This document shows, piece after piece, positions 50,181 through 60,495 of a stretch of 64,000 bases of DNA. Source of the DNA: Minisyncoccota bacterium (GTDB lineage Bacteria > Patescibacteriota > Microgenomatia > UBA1400 > PJMF01); NCBI GenBank assembly GCA_012515515.1, contig JAAYYE010000006.1, forward strand, positions 252 through 64,251. Direction: 5' to 3'. Position 1 is the stretch's first letter, and each line of letters starts with the position of its first letter. The notes under the pieces are model-generated. The model saw only the letters and a program-made list of their open reading frames with translations, did no database searches and was not told the origin of the DNA. The position numbers and the translations under genes were made by a program.

Positions 50181-52691
50181 CTAACCAACTTCTGCCACCC
50201 GCAGAATCTCTTCAATGGTGGTAATTCCTTCTAATACCTTGATGTATCCATCTTGTTTCATTAAAGTCATGCCTTGTTGAATAGCGGTGGCTTCTATTTC
50301 ACTTGATGGTCGACGATTTAAAATTAAACTAGCAATTTCTGGAGAAGTCGGCATCACTTCAAAAATTCCAATTCGCCCTCGATATTCTGGCTCAGTGGCT
50401 GGTCGCTTACTACTTGGTCTAAAAAGGGTAATTTTATTTGGATCTTTACCTTTTTCTTTACACCAACGCTCAAAGTGAGGACCCAAGACTTTTTTGATAT
50501 CTTCGACCACCACCGGTTCTGGGGTGTATTCTTCTTTATATTTTTCATTAATTCTTCTCACCACACGCTGACCCATTGATAAAACAATTGATGAAGCCAA
50601 TAAAAATGGTTCAGCTTCCATATCCAATAAACGTGGTAGCGCACCTGCCGAGCTGTTAGTGTGCAGGGTAGAGAAGACCAAATGACCAGTTAAAGAAGCT
50701 TGTAGCGCTAGATCGGCAGTTTCATTATCTCGAATTTCTCCCACCATAATAATATCTGGATCTTGACGTAAAAATGAGCGCAAACCAGAAGCAAAAGTTA
50801 AGCCCGCTTTAGGATTGGTTTGCACCTGACTGACTCCTGCAATCTGGTATTCTACTGGATCTTCCAGGGTCATGATATTAACCCCCACCTTGTTAATAAT
50901 GTTCAAAATAGAATACAGAGTGGTAGTTTTACCAGAACCAGTTGGTCCGGTGATTAAAATAATCCCGTAGGGAATTTTGATGGCTTCTTTAACTTTTTGT
51001 AAACCAAGACCTATCAAACCTAAATCTTCCAAAGACGGCACGGTGGTATCTTTTTTCAAAAGACGCATCACTACCTTTTCGCCATTAACTGTTGGTAGGG
51101 TAGAGGTACGCAAGTCAATTTCTGCATTATTACTCCTATAATTAAAGCGTCCGTCTTGAGGTAATCTTTTTTCATCAATCTTTAAATTGGCCATAATTTT
51201 GATACGAGAAATAACCGCTTCATGAACATTCTGCGGTAAAATTAATTTTTCAACTAAAATTCCGTCAATACGATAACGAACTCGAGTCCGACCAACTTGC
51301 GGCTCAATATGCACATCAGAAGCAGAAGATTTGATGGCAAAATCTAAAATATTTTCCACAATGCGGTTGATGGGGGCATCTCGTAAAATTGCTCCGCTTT
51401 GTTTGTTTAATTCAACAGTTGCAGATCTTTGATCGTCTTGCTGAGTGGTGCTTTTTAGTGCCTCAGTGACTTCTGTAGATAAACTTTGCGCATAATATTC
51501 ATTAATCATCCGCACAATATCACTGTTTTCAGCAAAATAAGCCTGAATCTCATGATTAGTTTTTTGTTTTAAAAATTCAACCGCTGCTAGATCTAAAGGG
51601 TTAACCATGGCCACTTTTAAAGTGTTTTTTTGCTTATCAATGGCAAAAGGTAGGGCTTGGTAACGTTTGGCTATGCCCTCATCAAGCAAAGTTAAGGATT
51701 CAGGGTCAACGCCAATTGCTGATAATTTTATGTAAGGCACATTGCTAAATTCAGCCTTAGCCTGAGCGACATCTGTTTCTGTAACTAATTGCTTACTTAA
51801 AACCAATTCCTCATAACTAGTCCCTTGGCTTAAGTTTTCTTGACGCAACTCTTCGGCTTGCTCTGGTGAAATTTTCCCCTGATTAAGCAAAACATCAAAA
51901 AAAGAATTTGTTGCTACAAAATTGACAGTAGCCTGTGTGGGGATATTGGGGTGGGGAAGATCTGGTAAGGCCTGAGTTGGCAAAGTTGTTTCAGCCTCGC
52001 TATCATCCGCGGCTGGTGTTTCTTCAATATTGACTGGTGGAGTAATTGCTTCACTCGTTGGATCAATATCGTTTGACTGATCACTTGTTTCATCAGCCGC
52101 ACTAAGAGCTTGATCTGGTGATTCATCACTTAATTCTTCTGTCTGTGCCTCGTCCAAGTCAGCCACGCTCACGGGAATTGCTTGAGAAAAAATTGGCTCG
52201 GTAATGCCTAAATCATCTGGAGCGTCACTTGTTGGAATCGAATCTGTTGCTGGAATTGGATCCTGTGTTGGAATCACGTCCTGCGTTGGAATCACATCCT
52301 GTGCTGGAATTAGATCTGATGTTGGAATTGGATCAACGGTCGGAATCGCATCATGTACTGGCTCCGGCTCAATAGCTGGCAATGAATCAATAGACGGTAG
52401 CGAATCTACTGTTGAAAACTCAGTTGGGGCTGAACCGATATCTTGATCCACACTTGGCAGCGGATCTATCCTTGAAGTCGAATTCATAACAGGAGCCACA
52501 TTCTCATTAACAGCCACTTTATTACCGGCAATTAACAATTCTTGTGCCTCAGCATCCGACATCGCCTGATCACTGTCACCCAAGGAAGGTTGTATCTCTA
52601 AATCTTTAGCGATTTGATCTATTGTATGCTGCAAATCAGCATCAATTTGTACACTGGAATCGTCTGGTTGATTATTTTGGGCAGTTAACAT
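50181..52691 (-). CDS. pilB: Extension ATPase PilB with ~250 aa acidic low-complexity N-terminal extension
   Basis: SDVHIEP, RLPQDGR, GPTGSGKT, LRQDPD, TGHLVFSTLH; ATG 52691 lies 9 nt after AGGAG. Confidence 0.93.
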   Translation of the reverse strand: MLTAQNNQPDDSSVQIDADLQHTIDQIAKDLEIQPSLGDSDQAMSDAEAQELLIAGNKVAVNENVAPVMNSTSRIDPLPSVDQDIGSAPTEFSTVDSLPSIDSLPAIEPEPVHDAIPTVDPIPTSDLIPAQDVIPTQDVIPTQDPIPATDSIPTSDAPDDLGITEPIFSQAIPVSVADLDEAQTEELSDESPDQALSAADETSDQSNDIDPTSEAITPPVNIEETPAADDSEAETTLPTQALPDLPHPNIPTQATVNFVATNSFFDVLLNQGKISPEQAEELRQENLSQGTSYEELVLSKQLVTETDVAQAKAEFSNVPYIKLSAIGVDPESLTLLDEGIAKRYQALPFAIDKQKNTLKVAMVNPLDLAAVEFLKQKTNHEIQAYFAENSDIVRMINEYYAQSLSTEVTEALKSTTQQDDQRSATVELNKQSGAILRDAPINRIVENILDFAIKSSASDVHIEPQVGRTRVRYRIDGILVEKLILPQNVHEAVISRIKIMANLKIDEKRLPQDGRFNYRSNNAEIDLRTSTLPTVNGEKVVMRLLKKDTTVPSLEDLGLIGLGLQKVKEAIKIPYGIILITGPTGSGKTTTLYSILNIINKVGVNIMTLEDPVEYQIAGVSQVQTNPKAGLTFASGLRSFLRQDPDIIMVGEIRDNETADLALQASLTGHLVFSTLHTNSSAGALPRLLDMEAEPFLLASSIVLSMGQRVVRRINEKYKEEYTPEPVVVEDIKKVLGPHFERWCKEKGKDPNKITLFRPSSKRPATEPEYRGRIGIFEVMPTSPEIASLILNRRPSSEIEATAIQQGMTLMKQDGYIKVLEGITTIEEILRVAEVG

Positions 52692-52721
52692 AATCACTTA
52701 CTCCTTTTATAATGCCATAAA

Positions 52722-53381
52722 ATGTCAAAATTTTATATAAGCGAAATTTTATATTTAGCCAAATTTACAGAGATAAATCGGGATAATGACGCTAAATTGG
52801 CAGATATTCAAGAATTAGTCCTCAAACACCTGCAAAATAAAGAACTGCAAGCAAGCATTAAAAAAGAGCAAATCCTCTGGTACAACACTCAGTTGGCTAA
52901 TTTTAAAATCGAATTAGTAAGAGAAATCATTAGAGAAACTCAATATGCTAATTGGGATAAACAAGGCCTGAGAGTCATTGTTTTGCTTAATTTCACCAGC
53001 GCTAGTTTGGCAGCACAAAATGCCTTGCTCAAATTAATTGAAGAACCGCCGGCAAATACTTTAATCATCTTGCCAGTTATCAGCGACAATCGCTTATTAA
53101 GCACTATCACTTCGCGCTGCAATTATTGTCAGATTGATAGCCAACATAGTCAAAAAAAAGCAAAAATTGAAGAAACTAGCTGGCCCAACGAGCCAACCGC
53201 CATCTTTCCGCTGATTGAGCAGCACAAAGATCGGGAAGCAGCTAAAGAATTAATCCAGAATTTGCTGAGACAAAAACTCAGTTATCGGCAAAAAAAAGCC
53301 TTAAGTCGCGCTTATTTGGATTTAGAAGCCAATGCTAATGTGCGTTTAACACTGGAACATTGCTTTCTCACAACTGATTAA
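52722..53381 (+). CDS. holB: Truncated DNA polymerase III delta' subunit
   Basis: KIELVREI, AQNALLKLIEEPP, LLSTITSRC. Confidence 0.8.
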   Translation: MSKFYISEILYLAKFTEINRDNDAKLADIQELVLKHLQNKELQASIKKEQILWYNTQLANFKIELVREIIRETQYANWDKQGLRVIVLLNFTSASLAAQNALLKLIEEPPANTLIILPVISDNRLLSTITSRCNYCQIDSQHSQKKAKIEETSWPNEPTAIFPLIEQHKDREAAKELIQNLLRQKLSYRQKKALSRAYLDLEANANVRLTLEHCFLTTD

Positions 53382-53518
53382 TCCACTAAATACCAGACTA
53401 TTTAGCCTGGAGCCTTAGAAAAATTAGCGCTTAGAACGCCCAAAATCGGCTTTTTTCGACTCAGACATACTTTTTGAGCTTTATTTTATATAATAGATGT
53501 GGTACAAATAAAGGTCTT

Positions 53519-55576
53519 ATGGCAAGTCAGATAGATGTCAACAACTACCAAGCAGAACAAATTCGAGTCCTAGAGGGCCTAGAACCAGTAAGAAAACGTC
53601 CTGGAATGTATATCGGCTCAACTGATGCTAAAGGTCTTCATCACTTGGTTAAAGAAATTTTAGACAACTCAGTCGATGAGGCCATTGCTGGCTTTGGTCA
53701 AACAATTCAACTGTTCCGTGATCAAGCCACCGACCTACATCGAGAGTTGTTCCTAGCTCACAAAGCCAATAAAAAAATTCCTGCCGCTGAGAAAATCATT
53801 GGCGAAGAAACAATCACCGTCGTTGACAACGGTCGTGGTATTCCAGTCGCCCAACACGAATCTGGAGCTTCAGCCATGGAAGTCGTCATGACTAAATTAC
53901 ATGCAGGAGGCAAATTTGAAAGCAAAGCTTACAAGGTTTCCGGCGGTTTACATGGTATTGGCTTAAGTGCAGTCAATGCCTTGTCCTGCTTAATCCAGGT
54001 CGCAGTTAAACGCAACAACAAATACTATTACCAATATCATTCTCGAGGAATTCCAGCGGCTCCAGTGGCTGAAATTAGTGAAACAGAACTTATTGCTAAA
54101 TTTCCCCAACAAAGTCGCGACTTTGTTACTTATGAAAGCGGAACCATGGTGCAATTTATCTCTGATCCTCTGATTTTTAAACAAGCCACTTATCAACATA
54201 AAAACATTATTGAAATTGTCAAAGATCGAGCCTATTTAATGGCTGGCATCTATTTTCAACTTTTTGATCGAGTTAATAATCTCGAACAGCACTTTTATTT
54301 TGAAGGCGGCATTCGTTCTCTAGTTGAACACATTAATATGTCAAAAAAATCCTTACATCGGGTTTTTTATTTTAGTGACCAATGGGCTGATGAAGAAACA
54401 AAGAAAGAAATCGGTATTGAAGTCGCAGTCCAATACAATGATTCTTACAAAGAACATGTTGAAAGTTATGTTAATGTCATTAATACACCAGACGGAGGAA
54501 CCCATGTTCAAGGTTTTCGTCTCGCCCTAGGCCGAGTGATTCGCGATTATGCAGAGAAAAATGGTTTAATCAAAGAAAAAGAAAACTTCAATTCAGAAGA
54601 CCTCAAAGAAGGTTTAACTGCCGTCGTTTTTGTAAAAATGCCATCTAATGATTTGCAATTTGAATCACAAACAAAGGCAAAATTAAATAATGCCGAAGCT
54701 CAGTCTGCCGTTTATCGAGTTTTTAAGAAACATTTTGACACTTATTTAGAAGAACATCCAAAAGTTGGAAAAATTATCGTTGAAAAAGTCTTAATCTCTG
54801 CTCGCGCTCGCCTGGCGGCTCGCGCAGCCAAAGACGCCGTCATCCGCAAGGGCTTGCTTGAAGGCATGTCTTTGCCTGGAAAATTGGCTGATTGTCAATC
54901 CAATCGACCAGAAGAAAGTGAAATTTATATTGTTGAGGGAGATAGTGCGGGTGGCAGTGCCAAACAAGGCCGCGATCGGCGTTTTCAAGCAATTTTTCCT
55001 CTGCGTGGAAAAATCCTCAACACTGAGCGCGCACGGCTGGACCGCATTGTGTCTAGCGACGACTTAAAGAACTTAGTCATTGCCCTCGGTTGTGGCATTG
55101 GCGAAAGCTTTGATCAAGAAAAATTGCGCTATCATCGCATTATTTTGATGAACGATGCTGACGTTGATGGCGAACACATTACCACCTTAGGCTTAACTTT
55201 TTTCTTCCGCCATTTGCCAGAATTAATAGAAAAAGGCTATTTATATGTAGCTATGCCACCACTCTTTAAAATTACTTATAACAAAGAAGAAATCTATGTT
55301 TATGGCGAAGAAGAGCGAGATAGTGAAGTGCAAAAAATTGCTGCTAAAAATCCCAATGCCAAAATTAATATCCAACGCTACAAAGGTTTGGGAGAAATGA
55401 ATCCAGAACAACTCTGGAGCACCACCATGAATCCAGCCACTCGAGTCCTGAAAAAAATTGATGTTGAGGACGCAATCAAGGCTGACAGCACTTTTGAAGT
55501 GTTGATGGGTGATGAAGTTGCTCCTCGTAAAAAATTTATTCAGGGTCGCGCTAAATTAGCCAAATTAGATATATAA
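53519..55576 (+). CDS. gyrB: DNA gyrase subunit B
   Basis: LEGLEPVRKRPGMYIG, EGDSAGG, PLRGK, DADVDG, YKGLGEM. Confidence 0.97.
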   Translation: MASQIDVNNYQAEQIRVLEGLEPVRKRPGMYIGSTDAKGLHHLVKEILDNSVDEAIAGFGQTIQLFRDQATDLHRELFLAHKANKKIPAAEKIIGEETITVVDNGRGIPVAQHESGASAMEVVMTKLHAGGKFESKAYKVSGGLHGIGLSAVNALSCLIQVAVKRNNKYYYQYHSRGIPAAPVAEISETELIAKFPQQSRDFVTYESGTMVQFISDPLIFKQATYQHKNIIEIVKDRAYLMAGIYFQLFDRVNNLEQHFYFEGGIRSLVEHINMSKKSLHRVFYFSDQWADEETKKEIGIEVAVQYNDSYKEHVESYVNVINTPDGGTHVQGFRLALGRVIRDYAEKNGLIKEKENFNSEDLKEGLTAVVFVKMPSNDLQFESQTKAKLNNAEAQSAVYRVFKKHFDTYLEEHPKVGKIIVEKVLISARARLAARAAKDAVIRKGLLEGMSLPGKLADCQSNRPEESEIYIVEGDSAGGSAKQGRDRRFQAIFPLRGKILNTERARLDRIVSSDDLKNLVIALGCGIGESFDQEKLRYHRIILMNDADVDGEHITTLGLTFFFRHLPELIEKGYLYVAMPPLFKITYNKEEIYVYGEEERDSEVQKIAAKNPNAKINIQRYKGLGEMNPEQLWSTTMNPATRVLKKIDVEDAIKADSTFEVLMGDEVAPRKKFIQGRAKLAKLDI

Positions 55577-55583
55577 GGATCTT

Positions 55584-56537
55584 ATGAAAACTTACATCAT
55601 CGGCCATCTAAAACCAGATACAGATGCGGTTGTGTCAGCCATGGCTTTGGCTGAGTTTTATCAGCAGACTCCTAGTTTTTCTCGTCCGGCGGCGACAGCG
55701 GTGATCAGTGATCCAGTCAACAATGAAACTGCCTTTTTACTAGAAAAATTTGGCTTAGTTGCGCCACCAGTCATTAAGGCTAGCGACATTGATCCACAAG
55801 ATCAGATTGTTTTGGTTGATCACAATGAAATGGATCAGCGACTTGACGGCATGAATCAAGAGCAGATTGTAGAAATTGTTGATCACCACAAGGTTAATTT
55901 GTCTCTTGGCCAAGCAATTTTCTTAACTTTTAAACCCTGGGGTGCTTCCAGCACCATCGTTTATCATCTGATGAAAAAATACCAATTTAGGCCCAATCCT
56001 AATTTGGCTGGTTTAATGCTCTCGGCCATTCTTTCTGATACAGTTGGTTTTAAGTCAAGCACTTGCACCGAGCAAGATATTGAAACAGCCACAGAGTTGG
56101 CTGATATCGCTGGTATTAGTGATTTATCTGCCTTAACCCTAGAAATTTTTAAAGCCAAATCAGATCTTGGTCAAATGACTTGTGAAGAAATGGTAAAAAA
56201 TGACTACAAAATTTTTGAATTTTCTGGAAAGAAAGTATTGATAGATCAATTAGAAACTGTTGAGCAAGCCAAAATTATTAGTGAAAAAAAAGCCTGTTTG
56301 TTAGAAGCGATGGCTAAGGTTAAAAGCGCCCTGCAAGTCGATTTAATCTTTGTCGTTGTGTCCGATATCTTAGCCAGCAATAGCAAAATTCTATTACTTT
56401 CTCCTGTCGAGCAAAAACTGGCTGAATTAGCTTTTGCTGAGACTGCGACAGATCAAATTATCGATATTGGACCTAAACTATCCAGAAAAAAAGATATCGC
56501 TCCGGCTTTAGAAAAAGCCATACAAACTAATAAGTAA
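55584..56537 (+). CDS. ppaC: Mn-dependent inorganic pyrophosphatase (family II, DHH)
   Basis: GHLKPDTD, LVDHNE, VDHH, ILSDT, SRKK. Confidence 0.93.
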   Translation: MKTYIIGHLKPDTDAVVSAMALAEFYQQTPSFSRPAATAVISDPVNNETAFLLEKFGLVAPPVIKASDIDPQDQIVLVDHNEMDQRLDGMNQEQIVEIVDHHKVNLSLGQAIFLTFKPWGASSTIVYHLMKKYQFRPNPNLAGLMLSAILSDTVGFKSSTCTEQDIETATELADIAGISDLSALTLEIFKAKSDLGQMTCEEMVKNDYKIFEFSGKKVLIDQLETVEQAKIISEKKACLLEAMAKVKSALQVDLIFVVVSDILASNSKILLLSPVEQKLAELAFAETATDQIIDIGPKLSRKKDIAPALEKAIQTNK

Positions 56538-56558
56538 GATATCAAAAGATTAAACAAC

Positions 56559-59318
56559 ATGTCAGAAGAAACAGCAGCAGAGAAAAATCCAGAAATTACT
56601 AGTTCAACTAGCCATGACGATGTCGCCAATGACGACAGTATCGCCAACAACAGCAACGGCAACAATAACAATAATGGCACAGACAACAGCAATGGCAACG
56701 ATGATCCTAGCAGCAAATTTGGCACCATAGAACACACTGAATACGGTCAATTAAAGCACACTGATATCGTTGACGAAATGGAAAAATCTTATCTGGATTA
56801 CGCCATGAGCGTCATTGTTTCTCGAGCCCTGCCAGATGTAAGAGATGGCTTAAAACCAGTTCATCGTCGCATTCTTTATTCGATGTATCGATCTGGCATT
56901 CATTACAATACTCCCTATAAAAAATCAGCCAGAATTGTTGGTGATGTATTGGGCAAATATCACCCTCACGGTGATAGCGCTGTTTATATGGCACTCGTCC
57001 GCTTAGCTCAAGACTTCAATATGCGTTATCCTTTGGTTGATGGTCAAGGTAACTTTGGTTCCATTGATGGCGACAGTCCAGCAGCCATGCGTTATACCGA
57101 AGCTCGCAGTGCAAAAATTACTCAAGAATTACTAGCCGACATCAATAAAAATACTGTCGATTTTAGTGATAATTTTGATGGTTCACTCAAAGAACCAGTG
57201 GTTTTACCAAATCGCTTGCCTAATTTTTTACTGATGGGTTCTGAGGGTATTGCTGTGGGCATGGCCACTAAAATCCCACCTCACAACTTGACTGAAAGCT
57301 GTAATGCAGTGGCAGCGATGATAAAAAAAGGTAAATCCACTAGCGAAATAAGCATCAAGCTTGATGAAAAACAATTAAATTCAAATTCTGCCTGCATTGA
57401 CACTTTACTCACCAGCGAGCCTCGTCAACTAGCAGGTCGTTTTGAGAGTGACATTGATCACGATGAAATCATGACTCATATCAAGGGTCCAGATTTTCCC
57501 ACAGCCGGCATTATTTATGACACCAAAGCCATTAATGAAGCCTATCGCACAGGCAAAGGACGCATTGTCGTTCGAGGCAAAGCTAGTATTGAGGAAAGTA
57601 AGCGTGGCCAAATGGAAATTATTATCACCGAGTTGCCTTATCAGGTTAATAAAGCTCGTTTACTAATGAAAATTGCCGATTTAGTTCGAGATAAAAAAAT
57701 TCTTGGCATTAAAAATTTGCGCGATGATTCAGACCGAAATGGCATGCAAATTACCATTGAATTAAGAAAAGACGCTCGACCAAAAGTAGTTTTAAACAAA
57801 CTATTTAAGATGAGCGAGTTGCAAAGCAGTTTTTCACTCAACATGGTGGCTCTTAATAGCGAAGGCACACCTCAATTAATGACTCTCTTTCAAGTGCTGA
57901 AAGAATATATTGTTCATCGACAGCTAATTATTACCCGTCGTTCTCAAGCAGAACTCAGAGATGCTCGCGATCGAGCCCATATTCTTGAAGGACTATTAAT
58001 TGCCTTAGCCAACCTTGATGAGGTAATTGCCACCATCAGAAACAGCAGTGATACAGAAGTCGCTCATCAAGCTTTAATGAAAAAATTTGGTTTAAGTGAT
58101 CCGCAAGCCACAGCCATTTTAGAAATGCAACTGAAGCGTTTGGCAGCCTTAGAACGACAAAAAATTGAAGATGAACACAAAGCCATCCAAGAAACTATTA
58201 TCAATTTAATTCATCTACTCAGTGAACCTCAACAAATTTTACAATTACTGCTTAAAGAAAATCAGGAAATGATTGATCTTTACGGAGACGAACGCCGCAC
58301 CAAAGTCATTAAGGGCCGCGTTGGCGAATTTAATGAAGAAGATTTAGTGGCAGATGAAAATACCGTTATTACACTGACTGAAAGTGGTTATGTGAAGCGC
58401 TTGAGCCCAGATGCTTTTCGCTCTCAATCTCGCGGAGGAAAAGGGGCTAAAGGCCTCAACATGAAAGCTGAAGATGTCTTAATGTCGATTGTCACCTGTA
58501 CCACTCACGATCAATTATTTTTATTCACCAATCAGGGCCGAGTGTTTACTATGAAAGCTTTTGAAATCCCTGAAGCAACGCGGATTGCTAAAGGCACGGC
58601 CATTGTTAATTTACTCAATCTTAAACCAGAGGAAAAAGTGTTATCTATTGTGATTGTTAATGCAGAAAAAGATCAAGATAAATACATCACCTTGGCTACC
58701 AAAAAAGGTTTAGTCAAAAAAACTGCCGTCAAGCTCTACGACAACATCCGCCAAAATGGAATTGTGGCCATTACTCTCAACGAGGGCGATGAATTAGTCT
58801 GGGGCAAAGTCACCACGGGCAAAGATAATATTATGCTCATTACTCATGACGGTAAATCAATTCGCTTTAGTGAAACAGAAGTCAAGACTTCTCAACGCGA
58901 TACTAAAGGTGTGAAAGGCATCACGCTGAAGGCAGGAGATTATGTGATCGGGGTCGAAGTTTTTCGCGATGATCCAGAGATTTTTAAAGAACACAGCCTG
59001 ATGATTATTACTGCCAATGGCATGGGCAAACGCACTTTACTGGAACAATATCCAATGCAAAAAAGGTCGGGCATGGGAGTCAAAGTTTCCGAAATTACCA
59101 AGCGCACTGGTCCAGTGGCCGCTGCCAAACTAATTTCTGATCGACATGATGAAATTGTCATTAGCACTAAAACTGGCAAAGCCATTAAGATGCCAATCAG
59201 CAAAAAATCAATTCCAACACTTACCAGACCAACTCAGGGAGTAATTTTGATGAAGCTCGACGACAGTGATCAAATAGCTGCCGTAGCCCTCACTTTAGCA
59301 GAAAATGACAAAGCTTAA
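56559..59318 (+). CDS. gyrA: DNA gyrase subunit A
   Basis: [25 protein letters not shown], GyrA-box QSRGGKG. Confidence 0.97.
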   Translation: MSEETAAEKNPEITSSTSHDDVANDDSIANNSNGNNNNNGTDNSNGNDDPSSKFGTIEHTEYGQLKHTDIVDEMEKSYLDYAMSVIVSRALPDVRDGLKPVHRRILYSMYRSGIHYNTPYKKSARIVGDVLGKYHPHGDSAVYMALVRLAQDFNMRYPLVDGQGNFGSIDGDSPAAMRYTEARSAKITQELLADINKNTVDFSDNFDGSLKEPVVLPNRLPNFLLMGSEGIAVGMATKIPPHNLTESCNAVAAMIKKGKSTSEISIKLDEKQLNSNSACIDTLLTSEPRQLAGRFESDIDHDEIMTHIKGPDFPTAGIIYDTKAINEAYRTGKGRIVVRGKASIEESKRGQMEIIITELPYQVNKARLLMKIADLVRDKKILGIKNLRDDSDRNGMQITIELRKDARPKVVLNKLFKMSELQSSFSLNMVALNSEGTPQLMTLFQVLKEYIVHRQLIITRRSQAELRDARDRAHILEGLLIALANLDEVIATIRNSSDTEVAHQALMKKFGLSDPQATAILEMQLKRLAALERQKIEDEHKAIQETIINLIHLLSEPQQILQLLLKENQEMIDLYGDERRTKVIKGRVGEFNEEDLVADENTVITLTESGYVKRLSPDAFRSQSRGGKGAKGLNMKAEDVLMSIVTCTTHDQLFLFTNQGRVFTMKAFEIPEATRIAKGTAIVNLLNLKPEEKVLSIVIVNAEKDQDKYITLATKKGLVKKTAVKLYDNIRQNGIVAITLNEGDELVWGKVTTGKDNIMLITHDGKSIRFSETEVKTSQRDTKGVKGITLKAGDYVIGVEVFRDDPEIFKEHSLMIITANGMGKRTLLEQYPMQKRSGMGVKVSEITKRTGPVAAAKLISDRHDEIVISTKTGKAIKMPISKKSIPTLTRPTQGVILMKLDDSDQIAAVALTLAENDKA

Positions 59319-59862
59319 GCTTAAACTCATCCGCCATGGTGAAAAAAAATTGTTCTTGCCTAATCCTGGCTTAACTGAATTAGGTAAAAATCAGGCAGAA
59401 GCTTTAGCCAAAAAACTAGCACTTGTCAACAAAGTAGAGCAGAGCAAAAAAATCCTACTCTTGGCCAGCCCTTTGCAACGCACTCAAGAAACAGCCGCTA
59501 TTATTGCCGAGCAAGTGCGTTTGCCAGTTGTAACTGATCAATTTCTAGCCTTTGATCAGCACATTGAGCCAAATCCTCAGGGAAAACAAGCCATTATTAA
59601 GCATTTTAGCGATTATTTTAAAAATTTAGGTCCAGAGATTGAGCAAAATTTAGGCCCAGAGATTGAAGAGGGAGAAATTTTAGCTGTCACTCACAGCCAA
59701 AACATCAAAAATTACTGGCAAGTCTTGGCTGGACCAGGTAAAGCCATTGTCGATGTCTACGAATGTGGGGTTTGGACAATTAATATTGAGGGTCAACTAG
59801 ATCAGACAAACAGTGAGATTAATCTTGATTTTGAGTGGACCGAAGGGGACTTGAACCCCTGA
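59305..59862 (+). CDS. Histidine phosphatase (PGM/SixA-like)
   Basis: [17 protein letters not shown]; internal 24-bp duplication; 3' end overlaps tRNA-Ala antisense. Confidence 0.8.
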   Translation: MTKLKLKLIRHGEKKLFLPNPGLTELGKNQAEALAKKLALVNKVEQSKKILLLASPLQRTQETAAIIAEQVRLPVVTDQFLAFDQHIEPNPQGKQAIIKHFSDYFKNLGPEIEQNLGPEIEEGEILAVTHSQNIKNYWQVLAGPGKAIVDVYECGVWTINIEGQLDQTNSEINLDFEWTEGDLNP

Positions 59863-59909
59863 CCTCTTCTATGCCATAGAAGCGCTCTAGCCAACTGAGC
59901 TATCGGCCC
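59836..59909 (-). tRNA. tRNA-Ala(GGC)
   Basis: G3:U70 pair, anticodon loop AT-GGC-AT (A32-U38), TTCAAGT T-loop. Confidence 0.97.
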
Positions 59910-60306
59910 TTTTTTCTAACTTTTTGATTCTAACATTGATCGAAATAATTTAAAAGTAAGAGTCAAAACTGCATTTCTTAAATACTCATATATAGTTAAC
60001 AGTTGTTTGATATGGTTTAAAAAACAAATTGAGAATATTTGTTATATTAATATAGTTTTATTTATTTATTTTAATATTTTGATAGTGTTAATTTAAAATT
60101 AATAGCGAAATTAATTAGCTTTCTCTTTACTCACTTGCGAGCCTATATCACTACCAACATCTAAACTTAAACAATAAAATATTTTTTACTCTAAAAATTT
60201 ATTAAGAAAATTAAAAAAATAAATCAGTAGTTGTCTAAAAAACAAGCCCACTGCCTAAAAAAACAAGTCTGCGCCAATTTTTTTCCGCCCAAATCATTAT
60301 TAACAC

Positions 60307-60333
60307 TTAGCAGTCAAAACAGCACTCTGCTAA
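60307..60333. promoter_or_regulatory. Orphan CIRCE-like operator
   Basis: TTAGCAGTC-aaaacagca-CTCTGCTAA; reverse complement matches the clpB site at 24 of 27 nt. Confidence 0.65.
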
Positions 60334-60455
60334 AAGCAGCTTTTTAATCTATTTATTGATGAATCAAGCTATTTTTCAGTGTTTTTTTTAATTAATGATT
60401 TTTTTGCTAAATAATTTTTTTCGGCAAAAGGACGTTGCACTCGAGTAAACAAAAA

Positions 60456-60495
60456 TCGGCTAGCACAGCTAAAGTTCGGCTAGCATGCCTAAAGT
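60456..60495. repeat. 20-bp tandem duplication over the recombinase stop codon
   Basis: tcggctagcacagctaaagt / tcggctagcatgcctaaagt. Confidence 0.8.

Noticed and set aside
59910-60300. oriC (AT-rich tract near gyrBA)
   Set aside because: No DnaA-box cluster and no dnaA/dnaN; the nearby dif-like site argues for the terminus
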